Shown here: in pieces, positions 47,182-56,953 of the stretch
How positions within the stretch are numbered: position 1 is the stretch's first letter
Layout: every line of letters begins with the position of its first letter
Assembly (NCBI GenBank): GCA_027064095.1
Contig: JAMOQI010000082.1
Location: forward strand, 3,779-67,778
Source: Bacteroidales bacterium
GTDB lineage: Bacteria > Bacteroidota > Bacteroidia > Bacteroidales > UBA1556
Direction: 5' to 3'
DNA: 64,000 nt
Notes under the pieces: generated by a model
What the model was told of the DNA's origin: nothing
The model's input: only the letters and a program-made list of their open reading frames with translations
The model's database searches: none
Program-made: the position numbers and the translations under genes

Positions 47182-48432
47182 CTATCTTCTCCATATCTCA
47201 ATAGCTCTGTTCCAACTAGGGCCATAGGTTGTACTTCTACTCATAATAAAGTCGTTGTTAGTAAACGGATTATTAGTTTTATAGAAATCAAATGTTATAG
47301 ATCTTGCATTGTTTTTATGGTCGCCATATTTCCATGTTTCCATGCTTTTATTTCTATAAACAACATCAGGAGCACCGTAAACAATATAAATCATTCCTCT
47401 ATCAGTCATCCAGCCTTCTTTGTCGGAAGCAAAAAATATATTTGCATTTTGAACTCTATTGTAATATAGTTTAATCATATTTTTGGCTCTTTCTTTGCTT
47501 CCTGAAATTTCCACCCAAAAACTTTCAATAGCTTTCTTTTTGTTTTTACTATTAAATAAGTTCTCAAATTCTTTTTTGCTGGAAATATATCTCAGAGGCA
47601 TAAGCATTTGCATTTCAGAAGTTATATAAGGGTAATTACTGGTAAATTGAAAAACAGTGTATCCAATTTCTTGTTTATTGCTAAAATTGAAGAAATAATA
47701 TCCTTGATCTATTAATTTCAAAAGATTGCTATATCCATCAGTAAATTGAATGTCAAAATTTGTATCCGGATAAACAATTCTTTTATTAGACTTTACTCCA
47801 AGCATAGGCGGACGGGCTATTGTATGATTTGGTTTAAAGTATTTTATTTTTATTTCATCGTATAAGTTATTTTGCTCTGAGATTAGCTGAAATTCTTCTC
47901 CTTTATTTATATAATCATGTAAATATGGTAATCGGTCTATTCCTCTTAAATAATAATTTTGTTGAGAATATCTATCCAGTTTATTTACATCCATTATAGA
48001 TTCTGTTGATTGCTTACCATAAATGTCAGTAAATACAAAATGAACAAGGTACTCACTACCGTAAGACATAGGTATTTCAAAAAAACCAATTGAACTATTA
48101 TTTTTACCATAGTTATCTATATCTTTAAAATAGGTAGTTCCACTATCAAGTAAGTCTTTAGCTTTGTAATTATAAAAAATCTCGTAGTGAATTGAAGCTT
48201 TTGCAATGTGACTACTATCAATTTTAGTTTGATAAGTAAGCTCTCCTAAGTCTAGTTCGTAAAAAATAGTGGAACTACTATCTTTATCGTGATAGCATTG
48301 AAATTTTGGATGTAGACTTGTTTTATTATAGTCGTACATTTGAGCAAAATTTTGTTTGTGGAAATTCCTTTGAGCAACAAGGTTTATTACTGTGAGAGTA
48401 AATGTAAATAGTACTAATAATCTAATATTCAT
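47182..48432 (-). CDS. GWxTD domain-containing protein
   Basis: Signal peptide and C-terminal GWMTDRGMIYIVYGAPD. Confidence 0.8.
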   Translation of the reverse strand: MNIRLLVLFTFTLTVINLVAQRNFHKQNFAQMYDYNKTSLHPKFQCYHDKDSSSTIFYELDLGELTYQTKIDSSHIAKASIHYEIFYNYKAKDLLDSGTTYFKDIDNYGKNNSSIGFFEIPMSYGSEYLVHFVFTDIYGKQSTESIMDVNKLDRYSQQNYYLRGIDRLPYLHDYINKGEEFQLISEQNNLYDEIKIKYFKPNHTIARPPMLGVKSNKRIVYPDTNFDIQFTDGYSNLLKLIDQGYYFFNFSNKQEIGYTVFQFTSNYPYITSEMQMLMPLRYISSKKEFENLFNSKNKKKAIESFWVEISGSKERAKNMIKLYYNRVQNANIFFASDKEGWMTDRGMIYIVYGAPDVVYRNKSMETWKYGDHKNNARSITFDFYKTNNPFTNNDFIMSRSTTYGPSWNRAIEIWRR

Positions 48433-48451
48433 TATGTTGTGTGATTATATA

Positions 48452-49885
48452 TTAATCTTCTAATTCCAAATAACTTTGAGGAATAGTTTTTGAAGCTTTA
48501 GCTCCCAATTTGTTTAATAACTCAATTTTGCTAACCAGATTGCCTTTTCCGCCTTTTATTTTATTACGTGCTTTAGTAAAATGCTCATCAGACAGCCTAA
48601 GGTAATTACCAACTTTATCAAAATCTTCTAAAAAGCTTATAAACTTATCAACAAGCTTGCCACTTTCTTCAGCAATCTTTAATACGTTCTTATTTTGTTT
48701 ATCATGTTCCCACAATTCAGCAATCATTCTAAGTGCTGCAATAAGATTGGTAGGAGAAATTAGTAATATTTGTTTTTGATATGCATTATTCCAAAGTTCA
48801 TTATCATTCTGCACAGCAATTAGATATGCAGGTTCTATTGGCATAAACATCATTACAAAATCCGGTGATTTACAGTCATTGAATAAATCTTGATAATTTT
48901 TTGCACTGAGCTCTTTGATATGTCTTTTTACGGAGTCGATATGAGACTTTAGAGCAGCATTTTTGTCCTCTAAATTATCTGCGTTAACATAAAGATCATA
49001 ACTCTTAAGACTTACTTTTGAGTCAATTATCACACAGCGGTTTCCTGGATATCTAACCACAACATCAGGACGATATCTTTTGTTATCAGTATTTTTAGCA
49101 CTCTCTTGGATAAAATATTCTCTTCCTTTTGTTAAGCCGGATTTCTGTAAAATACTTTCCAATATCATTTCTCCCCAGTTTCCTTGAGTCTTATTATCAC
49201 CTTTAAGGGCTAGACTTAGATTTCGAGCTTCTATACTTAAATTTTTATTTAGGTCAAGTAGATTTTTGATTTCATTTTTTAAAGAGAATCTTTCTTTTTC
49301 ATCATTTGCAAAAGCATCAGACACTTGTTTTTTGAACTGCTCTATTTTATCTTTCATTGGCTCAATAAGAGTACCTATATCTTTTTTGCTTTGATTTGTG
49401 AATTCTATACTTTGTTTTTTAATTATTTCGTTAGCAAGGTTTTTAAACTCGGTTTTTAATTGATCTTTTTGTTCTTTAAAGCTCTCTATTTGCTCATCCA
49501 ATTTACGATGCTCGGCACTTAGATTTTCCTCCAATCTTGCCATGGAGGTTTCCATTTTGGCAATTGTTTCTTTTGCTTGTGCGTATTTATGAGTGTATTC
49601 GCCTAACTCTTCTATCTTTTTGTCTTGGAGCTTAATTTGTACATTTAACTCGCCTTCTGCAATTCTTAGCTTTTCATTTTCTTTCTTGGTATTGTCAATA
49701 TTAAGTTCAATTTCATTCAGTTGTTTTAAGAGATTTTCTTTGTCTTTGATTAAAATAGAGTTTCTCTCTTCCAGAATTTGAATTTCTGATTTCAGGCTTA
49801 TAGCCTTTCGGGAAACCAAAAGATAAGCAACTAAAGCACCGATAATAATTACACCAATGGCAATGCTTATATATATTAATGACAT
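48452..49885 (-). CDS. rmuC: DNA recombination protein RmuC
   Basis: N-terminal TM, long coiled coil, and a C-terminal RmuC nuclease-like core (GNWGEMILESIL..RPDVVV..IDSKVSL..FVMMFMPIE). Confidence 0.88.
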   Translation of the reverse strand: MSLIYISIAIGVIIIGALVAYLLVSRKAISLKSEIQILEERNSILIKDKENLLKQLNEIELNIDNTKKENEKLRIAEGELNVQIKLQDKKIEELGEYTHKYAQAKETIAKMETSMARLEENLSAEHRKLDEQIESFKEQKDQLKTEFKNLANEIIKKQSIEFTNQSKKDIGTLIEPMKDKIEQFKKQVSDAFANDEKERFSLKNEIKNLLDLNKNLSIEARNLSLALKGDNKTQGNWGEMILESILQKSGLTKGREYFIQESAKNTDNKRYRPDVVVRYPGNRCVIIDSKVSLKSYDLYVNADNLEDKNAALKSHIDSVKRHIKELSAKNYQDLFNDCKSPDFVMMFMPIEPAYLIAVQNDNELWNNAYQKQILLISPTNLIAALRMIAELWEHDKQNKNVLKIAEESGKLVDKFISFLEDFDKVGNYLRLSDEHFTKARNKIKGGKGNLVSKIELLNKLGAKASKTIPQSYLELED

Positions 49886-49887
49886 AT

Positions 49888-51051
49888 TTACTTAACTTTT
49901 ACTATCCATATATCTTCTTTACCTTCTCCTTTGGAATCAGTTTCGCCTATCATTAAATACCCACCATCATTAGTTTTAATCATTTTATTTATTTTGTCAT
50001 TACCTTCTTCCCCAAAGGTTCTTTCTCTAAGAATATTTCCTTTGTTGTCGATCTTTACAAGCCATGCATCTGATTTTCCTTCTCCATAACTTTCAGTAAA
50101 TCCTCCTAAAACATAATCATCTCCATCGACAAAAACACTTACAAACTCTTCATCTTTAAGGTCTCCATAAGTTTTTTCCCATTCTTTGTAATATTCCGAT
50201 TCTATTTTTATTACCCAAGAGTCAAAGAAACCTTTGCTTTCGCTCATGGTGCCACCAACTAATAGATAACCATTATTTTTTGTAAAGCAAAAGTCATTTC
50301 CATGTTCAAAATTAGATTTTCCAAAATATTTTTTTCCTCTGGCAGAACCTCTATCTGGTGAAAGTCGTGTAAAGTATAGGTCCATACCTCCAGCACCAAA
50401 GCTTGTAGAGTGACCAATAACATATATAAAACTATCAACAGGACTTTGTTTTATTTTTGTTGCCAGATCAGTTCCTTTACCGCCAACATTGCGTTTCCAT
50501 ATTATCTTACCTTGTGCTTTTCCAACACCATTAGGGTTTACTTTTATTATCCAAAAATCTCTACCTCCGGCTCCTTTTGACTTGGTATAGCCTGCTAATA
50601 CAAGATTCTTATCAAATGTACTTATTATATCATAAGCCTCTTCATCCTTTTCACCACCATAGAAATGCTCCCATAGTTTATTACCTTCTTCATCAATAAG
50701 CATAAGCCAGAAGTCTTTCTTTCCATTTCCTTTAGATGCGCTATAACCGGCAATAGCATAATTGCTTCCTGTTTTTGTTATTGCATAAAACTCATCATCT
50801 TTCTTTCCACCAAAAGTTTTTGTCCAATCCAAATTCCCTCTACTATCAGTTTTAATAATGTAACCATCCATTTTGCCGCTTCCTTCAGATTCAGTAGAAC
50901 CAACAATAATAAAACCTCCATCTGAAGTTTGAATGCCAGAGTGGGCAACATCTTTTTCTTGGCCTCCAAAATTGCTATCCCATTCCATATTGAGTTGTGC
51001 TAATAATATACCATTAAATAATAAAGCAGATATTAAAAAAACGAATTTCAT
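49888..51051 (-). CDS. secreted protein built from about seven ~48-aa repeats (beta-propeller-like)
   Basis: The pattern FGG..D.a..i..t.DGGy...G.T.S.G.G..D.w..K.d..G...W recurs seven times. Its stop lies 2 nt from the rmuC ATG. Confidence 0.65.
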   Translation of the reverse strand: MKFVFLISALLFNGILLAQLNMEWDSNFGGQEKDVAHSGIQTSDGGFIIVGSTESEGSGKMDGYIIKTDSRGNLDWTKTFGGKKDDEFYAITKTGSNYAIAGYSASKGNGKKDFWLMLIDEEGNKLWEHFYGGEKDEEAYDIISTFDKNLVLAGYTKSKGAGGRDFWIIKVNPNGVGKAQGKIIWKRNVGGKGTDLATKIKQSPVDSFIYVIGHSTSFGAGGMDLYFTRLSPDRGSARGKKYFGKSNFEHGNDFCFTKNNGYLLVGGTMSESKGFFDSWVIKIESEYYKEWEKTYGDLKDEEFVSVFVDGDDYVLGGFTESYGEGKSDAWLVKIDNKGNILRERTFGEEGNDKINKMIKTNDGGYLMIGETDSKGEGKEDIWIVKVK

Positions 51052-51093
51052 AGAATTTAGTTTAAATAGGTTAATTATACGTTGTTGTCCTTT

Positions 51094-51112
51094 TGCATAT
51101 CGCAGATATGCA
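51094..51112. promoter_or_regulatory. perfect 8-bp inverted repeat tgcatatc-gca-gatatgca (candidate operator)
   Basis: Lies 43 nt upstream of the minus-strand ATG at 51051, in the divergent region shared with CDS 51362. Confidence 0.3.
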
Positions 51113-51361
51113 TAAATATTAAAATTACAAATTTATATAAAAATGCTTTACATAAGATATTGAATAAAGGTGGATAAATCTCATGAAAAATGGGTTCTTT
51201 TTATACTATCTACAATTTGTAATTGATTTTTATTGTATTTTTGTTTAAATTAACATATGATTATAAATCTTATTTATTTAATATAATACAATGGTAATCA
51301 GTATTGTATGTAAATGATAAAAAGCGTTTAAATCTTAATTAAGTAAATACTAAAGATAATT

Positions 51362-54310
51362 ATGTCAAATATAGACTTTTATAATACAGATGTTGCCTTC
51401 GGGCAATTGATGAGAAATAGAATTAATAAAGTTTTGTTGATTTGTAGTCCATACGATGCTTTTATGCTTGAAGAGGATGGCCGTATTGATGAGCAAATTT
51501 TTAATGAATATGTGTCTTTAAATTTGCGATATCCGCCTCAATTTATACAGGTTTCAGTGGCGTCTGAGGCCTTGGATATTATTAAAAATGAGCAAATTGA
51601 GTTGGTGATAAATATGCTCAATGTTCAGGGAATGGATCCTATTGAATTGTCTTCAAAAATTAAGGAAATAAATGAAAATATACCTATAGTTGCTCTCACT
51701 CCATTTAGTATAGAAGTTAGACGAAGAATGGAACAACAGAATATGCATTCTGTTGATTTTGTTTTTAGCTGGTTAGGACATTCAGATATTCTATTAGCAA
51801 TTGTTAAGCTTATTGAGGATTTAAATAATGTTGAACATGATGTAAATGTGGTTGGAGTTCCGGTTATTATCCTTGTTGAAGATTCTGTAAGATTTTATTC
51901 TAGTTATCTTCCAAATATCTATAAAATTATATTCTTGCAGTCCAAAAAGTTTATGTCTGAGGGACTAAATGAGCATCAAAAGACAATGAGGATGCGAGGA
52001 CGTCCAAAAATACTTTTGGCTACCACCTACGAGCAAGCTATAGAATATTACGAAAGATACAAAAATAACTTATTGGGAGTTATTTCTGATATAAATTATA
52101 AACGTAATGGAGAGAAAGACCCACATGCTGGTTTACGTTTATGTAAAAAAATTAAGGCTGATGATAAGTTTATGCCATTTCTTTTACAGAGTTCAGATCC
52201 TAATAATCGAGATCATGCTAAGAGACTGAGGGTAGATTTTATTGATAAAAATTCTAGTACTTTAATAAATGAATTAAGGCACTATATTGTGCACAATTTT
52301 GCTTTCGGAGATTTTGAATTCTATCATCCAAAAGAGCATAAAGTTATTGGTAGAGCTCATGATTTACAAGGCTTACAGAAATTGATAAAAGAAGTTCCTG
52401 ATGAAGTCTTGCAATACCATATTGATAGGAATCACTTATCTAAATGGTTGAAATCCAGGGCTCTGTATTATATTGCTGATATGTTTAAGTTTATGAGAGC
52501 AGAGCATTTCAATAACTTAGATGAAGTTAGAAATTTTATTTATAATGCTTTAGCTGAATACAGAAAAAATTCTGGTAGGGGAGTTATTGCTAAGTTTTAT
52601 CGTGATAGTTTCGACTCCTTTGTTATGTTTGCTCGTATTGGCGATGGTTCTATAGGTGGCAAAGCCCGTGGCTTGGCTTTTATTGATTTATTTTTAAAGA
52701 AAAATAAGCTGCATCATAGATATCCGGGAGTTTTTGTTACTATACCAAAAACAGTTGTTATTGCTACTGATATTTTTGATGAATTTATGGAAAGTAATAA
52801 TCTTTACGAAATAGCACTTTCTGACAAAAGTGATGAAGATATTTTAAAAGCATTTGTGAAAGCTTCATTACCTATGAGTTTGTTGCAAGATTTAGAGAAA
52901 TATATTGACATAGTAAATAAACCTATAGCAGTACGTTCTTCTAGCTTGTTGGAGGATTCGCATTATCAGCCTTTTGCAGGGATTTATAATACTGTTATGC
53001 TCCCTTTAAATTCCGGAAAATCTAAATCTCTTATTAAGCTTGCTGATGCAATTAAGAGTGTTTATGCTTCGGTATATTATAGTGCAAGTAAGTCGTATAT
53101 GTCGGCTACTCACAATGTTATTGATGAAGAGAAAATGGCTATTGTTTTGCAAGAAGTTTGTGGCCATGATTATGGAGATATATTCATGCCAAGTTTTGCA
53201 GGTGTAACAAGATCTGTAAATTTTTATCCTATCGGTGATGAAAAGGCCGAAGACGGAGTTGTTGAGATTGCATTAGGACTGGGAAAACATATTGTTGAAG
53301 GAGGAGGAAGTAATTTGCGTTTTTCACCAAAACAAACTAATAAGATTCTACAACTGTCAACTCCGGAACTGGCTTTGAGTAGTACTCAGAAACATTTTTA
53401 TGCTTTAAGTATGAATCAGGATGAATTTCATCCATCTGTGAATGATGGGATTAATCTCGAATATAAGTCTATTAGATACTTACCAAAACATCCATCTATG
53501 CGTATGATGTTGTCGTCTTATGATTTGCATTCGAAAATGATACGTGATAGTTGGGAAGAATCTGCAAAAAAGATTGTTACTTTTAATCATATTCTTAAAT
53601 ACCGAAAGCTTCCTCTTACTAATATTATTTCCGATATTCTTGAGTTAGGACAATTGAATATGAATAAGCCTATTGAAATAGAATTTGCTGTTGATTTGAA
53701 TAAGGATGAGAGTGACGAATATACTTTTAATTTGTTGCAAATAAGACCTATTGTTGATACTACAGATAGTCAGATTGTTAATTTGGGAGATGTTGATAAG
53801 GATAAAGCAATTATTTATTCTGATTCTTCTTTGGGAAATGGAATTTATAAAGGGATTAAAGATATAGTTTATATACGTCCAAATAATTTTAATGCAGCTA
53901 ACAATATTAAGTTGCCTCCTATTATTGAGAAGATAAATGAGTCATTTGTAAATCGTGATGAAAACTATATTTTAGTAGGTCCGGGTCGTTGGGGAAGTTC
54001 TGACCCATGGTTAGGTATTCCTGTTAGGTGGCCTCAAATTAGTCAGTCTAGAATAATAGTTGAATCAGGGCTAAATAATTATAGAATCGATCCTAGTCAA
54101 GGAACTCATTTTTTTCAAAATCTAACTTCGTTCCGTATTGGTTATCTTACAATAAATCCATTTATAAATCAAGGGATTTTTGACCACGATTTGTTAGACA
54201 AAATGGAAGCAACTTATGAAGATGAATATATTAGAGTTGTTCATTTTGAGGAAGATTTAGTCGTGAAATTGGATGGAAAAAATAGTCAGGCTGTTGTTTA
54301 CCAAAGATAG
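51362..54310 (+). CDS. double receiver-like domain protein fused to a PPDK_N-type (PEP/pyruvate-utilising enzyme, ATP-grasp) domain
   Basis: The first REC-like domain lacks the acidic pocket (LLICSPYD, ELVINMLNVQGMDP). The second looks intact (ILVEDS, GVISDINY, FLLQSS, FIDK). PPDK_N-like GDGSIGGKARGLAF and AVRSSSLLEDS. No phosphohistidine TSH motif was seen. Confidence 0.75.
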   Translation: MSNIDFYNTDVAFGQLMRNRINKVLLICSPYDAFMLEEDGRIDEQIFNEYVSLNLRYPPQFIQVSVASEALDIIKNEQIELVINMLNVQGMDPIELSSKIKEINENIPIVALTPFSIEVRRRMEQQNMHSVDFVFSWLGHSDILLAIVKLIEDLNNVEHDVNVVGVPVIILVEDSVRFYSSYLPNIYKIIFLQSKKFMSEGLNEHQKTMRMRGRPKILLATTYEQAIEYYERYKNNLLGVISDINYKRNGEKDPHAGLRLCKKIKADDKFMPFLLQSSDPNNRDHAKRLRVDFIDKNSSTLINELRHYIVHNFAFGDFEFYHPKEHKVIGRAHDLQGLQKLIKEVPDEVLQYHIDRNHLSKWLKSRALYYIADMFKFMRAEHFNNLDEVRNFIYNALAEYRKNSGRGVIAKFYRDSFDSFVMFARIGDGSIGGKARGLAFIDLFLKKNKLHHRYPGVFVTIPKTVVIATDIFDEFMESNNLYEIALSDKSDEDILKAFVKASLPMSLLQDLEKYIDIVNKPIAVRSSSLLEDSHYQPFAGIYNTVMLPLNSGKSKSLIKLADAIKSVYASVYYSASKSYMSATHNVIDEEKMAIVLQEVCGHDYGDIFMPSFAGVTRSVNFYPIGDEKAEDGVVEIALGLGKHIVEGGGSNLRFSPKQTNKILQLSTPELALSSTQKHFYALSMNQDEFHPSVNDGINLEYKSIRYLPKHPSMRMMLSSYDLHSKMIRDSWEESAKKIVTFNHILKYRKLPLTNIISDILELGQLNMNKPIEIEFAVDLNKDESDEYTFNLLQIRPIVDTTDSQIVNLGDVDKDKAIIYSDSSLGNGIYKGIKDIVYIRPNNFNAANNIKLPPIIEKINESFVNRDENYILVGPGRWGSSDPWLGIPVRWPQISQSRIIVESGLNNYRIDPSQGTHFFQNLTSFRIGYLTINPFINQGIFDHDLLDKMEATYEDEYIRVVHFEEDLVVKLDGKNSQAVVYQR

Positions 54311-54714
54311 AGGATTTTAAGCTGCTTTTTGAAAGTTTACCGAATTTTTAAAAAAATGGCTATTTTCTTTGAACAATTTCCTTAGAAAAAAAAACTAAAT
54401 CGCTAATATTATCGGATACTATTTATGCTGTTGATATCACAAAAATATTTGATACTTCTAATGATATAGATGCTATTGATAGAAATTTTAATAAAATATA
54501 ATTATACCAAATTAAAAACAAAACTACCGCAAAATTCGTTATCTTTTTATGTTTTACTTCCTTAATAAAATAAACCGTAACTGAGGCTATGCTTAATTTT
54601 TTTAAATTCGTTAAACAAAAAAATATTTAGAATTTATATCGGCACTTTTGCTTTCAAATTGGTATTATATCGATAATGTAATAAATATCAGGATAATAAT
54701 GTCACATATTTAAT

Positions 54715-54722
54715 TACATTTG
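54715..54722 (+). promoter_or_regulatory. orphan candidate -7 box TACATTTG
   Basis: TAnnTTTG match inside a 528-nt gene-free region, about 35 nt upstream of an orphan plus-strand terminator. Confidence 0.25.
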
Positions 54723-54756
54723 CGTTGTAATAATGTTTTTCATTTTTTGTTTTAAG

Positions 54757-54789
54757 AGCGTACTATCTCCCCGGTAGCTGCGCTTTTTT
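54757..54789 (+). terminator. orphan plus-strand intrinsic terminator
   Basis: Stem of about 11 bp with one bulge (agcgtactatc / ggtag-c-tgcgct), a 5-nt loop tcccc, and a T-run at 54784-54789. Read on the minus strand, the tail is A-rich. Confidence 0.45.
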
Positions 54790-54838
54790 AATGACTAAAA
54801 TTGCGCAGGTTTGTAGATTGAGCTAATGTGGTAATAAT

Positions 54839-55864
54839 TTAGATTTTATGCCGTGCTTTGGAATAAGGAGCAAAATCAATATCTAAAAATTCTCCTTTAA
54901 TAAACTTATAATATCCTGCAATAGCAATCATAGCAGCATTATCAGTAGTGAACTGAAATGGAGGAATATAGGTGTTCCAGCCATAGCTTTTTTCTCCTTT
55001 AATTATAGCGTCTCTTAATCCGGAATTTGCAGAAACTCCACCAGCAAGTGCTACTTCTTTGATGCCCGTTTCACGAGATGCCCGTTTTAGTTTCAGCATC
55101 AGTATTTCAATAATTGTACGTTGCATAGATGCTGCTAAATCTGCTTTGTTTTCTTCAATGAAATTATTATTCTTTTTTAATTCATCTCTTACAAAATAAA
55201 GAAATGATGTTTTAATTCCACTAAAACTATAATTCAGCCCTTGGATTTTTGGTAAAGGAAAATTATATGCATAAGCATTACCAATTTTTGCTAATTTATC
55301 AATTAAAGGTCCTCCGGGATATCCCAAATCCATAATTTTTGCAGTTTTGTCGAATGCTTCACCAGCAGCGTCATCGATGGTAGTTCCTAATAATTCCATA
55401 TCAAAATAATCTGATATTTTTAGAATTTGAGTATGACCACCTGATACTGTTAAACACAAAAATGGAAAATTAGGAGTAGGATTTCCCATATCAATAAAAT
55501 GAGCTAATGTGTGAGCTTGTAAATGATCTACTTCAATAATTGGAATTCCAAGTCCTAGGCTAAGCCCTTTAGTAAATGATGTGCCTACTAATAATGATCC
55601 CAATAGCCCGGGGCCGCGCGTTATTGCTATTGCTGACAAATCTTCCTTCTTTACATTTGCTTGCTTTAAAGCGTGATCAACTACAGGTATTATATTTTGT
55701 TGGTGTGCTCTTGATGCTAACTCAGGAACAACTCCTCCATACTTTTTATGAATTTCTTGTGATGCTATTATATTTGATAGAATCTTACGACCTTGCAATA
55801 TGGCAGCAGATGTGTCGTCACATGATGATTCTATTCCTAATATTATTGGTTCTTTCGCTGGCAT
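54839..55864 (-). CDS. tsaD: tRNA N6-adenosine threonylcarbamoyltransferase
   Basis: ILGIESSCDDTSAAI, metal-binding HLQAH and VSGGHTQ, GPGLLGSLLVG. Confidence 0.95.
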   Translation of the reverse strand: MPAKEPIILGIESSCDDTSAAILQGRKILSNIIASQEIHKKYGGVVPELASRAHQQNIIPVVDHALKQANVKKEDLSAIAITRGPGLLGSLLVGTSFTKGLSLGLGIPIIEVDHLQAHTLAHFIDMGNPTPNFPFLCLTVSGGHTQILKISDYFDMELLGTTIDDAAGEAFDKTAKIMDLGYPGGPLIDKLAKIGNAYAYNFPLPKIQGLNYSFSGIKTSFLYFVRDELKKNNNFIEENKADLAASMQRTIIEILMLKLKRASRETGIKEVALAGGVSANSGLRDAIIKGEKSYGWNTYIPPFQFTTDNAAMIAIAGYYKFIKGEFLDIDFAPYSKARHKI

Positions 55865-55921
55865 TAACCTATATTTTGTAATATTAAAGCTGCAAAATTA
55901 CCTATTAAATTATTAGGATTA

Positions 55922-56515
55922 TTATTTTTTACTATTAAATTGATATCCCAAGCCTATTTGCACTCCAGATTCGATAAGACGATACTTATTATCTCCTTGA
56001 AGAATGGATTGAAACGAATGAATTTTAATGTTTGGATTGACAAAAACAATAAAGTTCTTGAGTTTATATTTAATTCCAAAACCGGCACTTAAGCCAATAC
56101 CTGATTGAGAATCTATATCATTACTTGAAGACTGAATGTCTATTATTGCTCCACCATTCAGATAAAGGTATTTCCAAAAAGTATAATTAATATAGATTGG
56201 GATAGAATATAATTTTAATTTCTCAAAGCGACTTTGTACAGGTACTCCCATATACTCAGGGGTTATTTTTATTTTTCCTTGAGCATAATTAAATCCAGTT
56301 TCAATACGAGTATTTTCACTTAAGCGATAAAGATATTTAAAACCATACTCTTTATAAGATTCCATATTATAATTACTACCTCCGTCAACTGCTCTCCTAA
56401 TAAAATCTGTTTTAGAAATGCCATAATATAAATCTACTTCATTGCTCTTTTGAGCGAAAATGTGAAAGTTAACTGATATCAAAATTAGACTAAAGAATAG
56501 ATTAATAGATTTCAT
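55922..56515 (-). CDS. small outer-membrane beta-barrel protein (porin / OmpA_membrane-like family)
   Basis: Signal peptide ending FAQ and an alternating beta-strand pattern over 197 aa. Confidence 0.6.
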   Translation of the reverse strand: MKSINLFFSLILISVNFHIFAQKSNEVDLYYGISKTDFIRRAVDGGSNYNMESYKEYGFKYLYRLSENTRIETGFNYAQGKIKITPEYMGVPVQSRFEKLKLYSIPIYINYTFWKYLYLNGGAIIDIQSSSNDIDSQSGIGLSAGFGIKYKLKNFIVFVNPNIKIHSFQSILQGDNKYRLIESGVQIGLGYQFNSKK

Positions 56516-56940
56516 GTTTTTTTAAATTTAATGACTTAAATGTATTTATGTTATTTATCAAATATGCTTTCCATTGTACTTTGGTAGGGCAGGGAGTATA
56601 AATTGTTGTTTTTCTCATGTTATTATTATTATTTTGTTTGTTGTGAGCCGCCAAGCTCGTATCAAAATTTTGTTTGAACAAAAGATGCTCCAAAATTACT
56701 AAAAAAGAAAGATATTTATGTTTTTTATCTTATATTTGCTTGATTACAATTCAGTTTTATGAGTTGCTTTAATACTTACTTAATATTATTTATATTTAAA
56801 TTTTAATAGTTAGCTTTGTTAAAGTGGTGATAGTTAAGCTTGTATAGCTTTTGTTGAATTTGTAAAATTATTAAATTTTGTAAAGCAATAAAATTCAATA
56901 TTTAACGATAATTATAAGGCTAGTATATTAAACAATTAAC

Positions 56941-56948
56941 TATTTTTG
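56941..56948 (+). promoter_or_regulatory. candidate -7 box TATTTTTG immediately upstream of bamD
   Basis: The TAnnTTTG match ends only 5 nt before ATG 56954, which implies a leaderless or near-leaderless mRNA if this box is used. Confidence 0.3.
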
Positions 56949-56953
56949 CAGCC

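Noticed and set aside
47167-47469. Plus-strand 100-aa ORF at the 3' end of the GWxTD gene
   Set aside because: It is antisense to the segment encoding the diagnostic GWMTDRG motif and begins inside the convergent terminator region.
54733-54777. Interpreting the Phe-rich mini-ORF plus terminator as a phenylalanine-sensing transcription attenuator
   Set aside because: No plus-strand gene lies downstream to be regulated, because the next gene is convergent tsaD, and I could not find an alternative anti-terminator pairing. It is reported only as a possible sRNA or antisense element.
55576-55881. Plus-strand 101-aa ORF overlapping the tsaD 5' region
   Set aside because: It is antisense to a universally conserved gene with a Leu-rich shadow-frame composition.
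56502-56693. Minus-strand 63-aa ORF upstream of the small OMP gene, which includes an N5 run
   Set aside because: It overlaps the OMP start codon region, has low-complexity content and no promoter logic. This is more likely 5' untranslated or promoter DNA.
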